In this document: positions 62,766 to 64,000 of the stretch, in pieces
Position numbering within the stretch: the first letter of the stretch is position 1
Layout of the letters: every line of letters begins with the position of its first letter
From: Stegostoma tigrinum
Lineage: Eukaryota
Direction: 5' to 3'
NCBI RefSeq assembly: GCF_030684315.1
Contig: NC_081379.1
Coordinates: 42,406,381-42,470,380 of the forward strand
Length of the DNA stretch: 64,000 nucleotides
Program-made: the position numbers and the translations under genes
Notes under the pieces: generated by a model
What the model was told of the DNA's origin: nothing
Seen by the model: the letters and a program-made list of their open reading frames with translations, nothing else
Databases searched by the model: none

Positions 62766-64000
62766 AATGTTCCTGATATGCTGGAGGCCTTCCAGGGTTG
62801 ATAGATACTTCAGCATGCTCACAGCTGGAAATGCAACTTCAATTTGGCAGTTTCCCTTTAAAGTCCTGTTCTGAGGAAGGGTCATCAGACAGAAATGTCA
62901 ACTGTTTTTTTTTCCTTCACAGATGCTACCAGATCTGTTGAGCTTTTTCCAGCAACTTCTTTTTGTCCCTTTAAAAGTTTTTATTTTTCGTACGACAACA
63001 TAAGATGGCTCTCAAATGAGCTGTTTAACTGACAACTTCTGTTGCACTTTTCCTGCTCTTTTCATTTATTCTTTTCAACATGCAGATCACAAACGTTGAC
63101 AGTTGTCATGTAGTCTAAACGAGGCGGAACAGAACCTCCTTGTAGTTGAATGTCATCCGTCTCAGCCTGTTTACGGGCCCTGCATTGGGTTAAAATGTTA
63201 GTTTATGAGTTGACCAATATTGGGTTTCATCAAGAGGCAACGTTATTCCATTGAGCCTGATAATGACTACTTGCGGTTAACACTCCAAAAAGTGGCGAAA
63301 AATCAACACTTTGAAAACTCGTTTGGTCTCTAGCTAGAAACTACAGTATTTTTAAGAGATTGTTTTTCCACTCAGTCATTCTGATTAAATAAAAAACAGA
63401 TTTCCAATGTCAAAATGGCAGGTGTAAGGAAATGACCTACATTCATAAACCGCAGTTCACAGATTTGGAAAGTGTCCAGGTTTCACTGCCAATAAAATAC
63501 TTTCCAACGGTGGCCTCAACCCCCATGTTGCCATCTATTCCCGATAACCATTCATTCCCCTTAATCTATCTGCCTCCGCCTTGAAAATATTTAGTGATCC
63601 AGCCTCACAGTGCTGTCTCGCGAAGAGAATTCCAAAGACTGCGAGAAAAATAAGTCCTCATTTTCATCTTAAGTGGATGACCCCCTTATTTAAATACCGT
63701 CTTCTACTTCAAGTCCCTACCAAACTAACATTTCACCTCCTCTGCCAACTCTTCTGAATGTGTTGCCTGAATTCCTCTGAGGACTTTTTTTTAAAAAGCT
63801 AGAAGGCACTATTTAAATGTTTGATAATTTCTCCGTATTTTTCACAAATATCAAATAAACGTGTTCCTCCTAGGAAGTGGAATGGACGCGCAGGATAATA
63901 CTACCTTTTAACAAACTCTTGCAAATCCCTGAGCTCAAAAGAAAGTAGCACGTGCAGGAGAGGTACATGCGGGAGTCAGTCAGTATGTGTGAATCGCTAA

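Noticed and set aside
1-64000. CRISPR arrays or prokaryotic systems; the remaining 60-170 aa ORFs as genes
   Set aside because: The DNA is eukaryotic and repeat-rich. Recurrent sequences are dispersed TE ends, and the other ORFs are TE fragments or chance frames.

Overview
Vertebrate genomic DNA, most likely a cartilaginous fish (shark); this is inferred from the repeat content, not proven. Most of the window is transposon-derived: Penelope-like elements with minimal hammerhead ribozyme cores, CR1-group LINEs, V-SINE (HE1-like) and Deu-type SINEs, Gmr1-type Ty3/gypsy relics, a Tigger/pogo fragment, a solo LTR and a decayed env-bearing endogenous retrovirus (~44.3-52.5 kb). One host gene can be assembled by hand on the + strand from four phase-compatible GT-AG exons (28184-28604, 29965-30066, 32234-32283, 34288-34452). 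It encodes a 245-aa type I membrane receptor with a signal peptide, a single germline-joined (non-rearranging) VJ-type Ig domain, a very short stalk, an uncharged TM segment and a tail with a canonical ITIM (SIYATL). This looks like an inhibitory member of the PD-1/CD28H(TMIGD2)/NKp30 group without clear orthology to any of them. Its leader contains a 21-nt GT...AG relic at the position of the usual leader intron, and the whole gene sits in a ~11 kb CpG-rich domain. A possible terminal exon of an unidentified upstream gene lies at 11247. Repeat boundaries are approximate unless a TSD is given.
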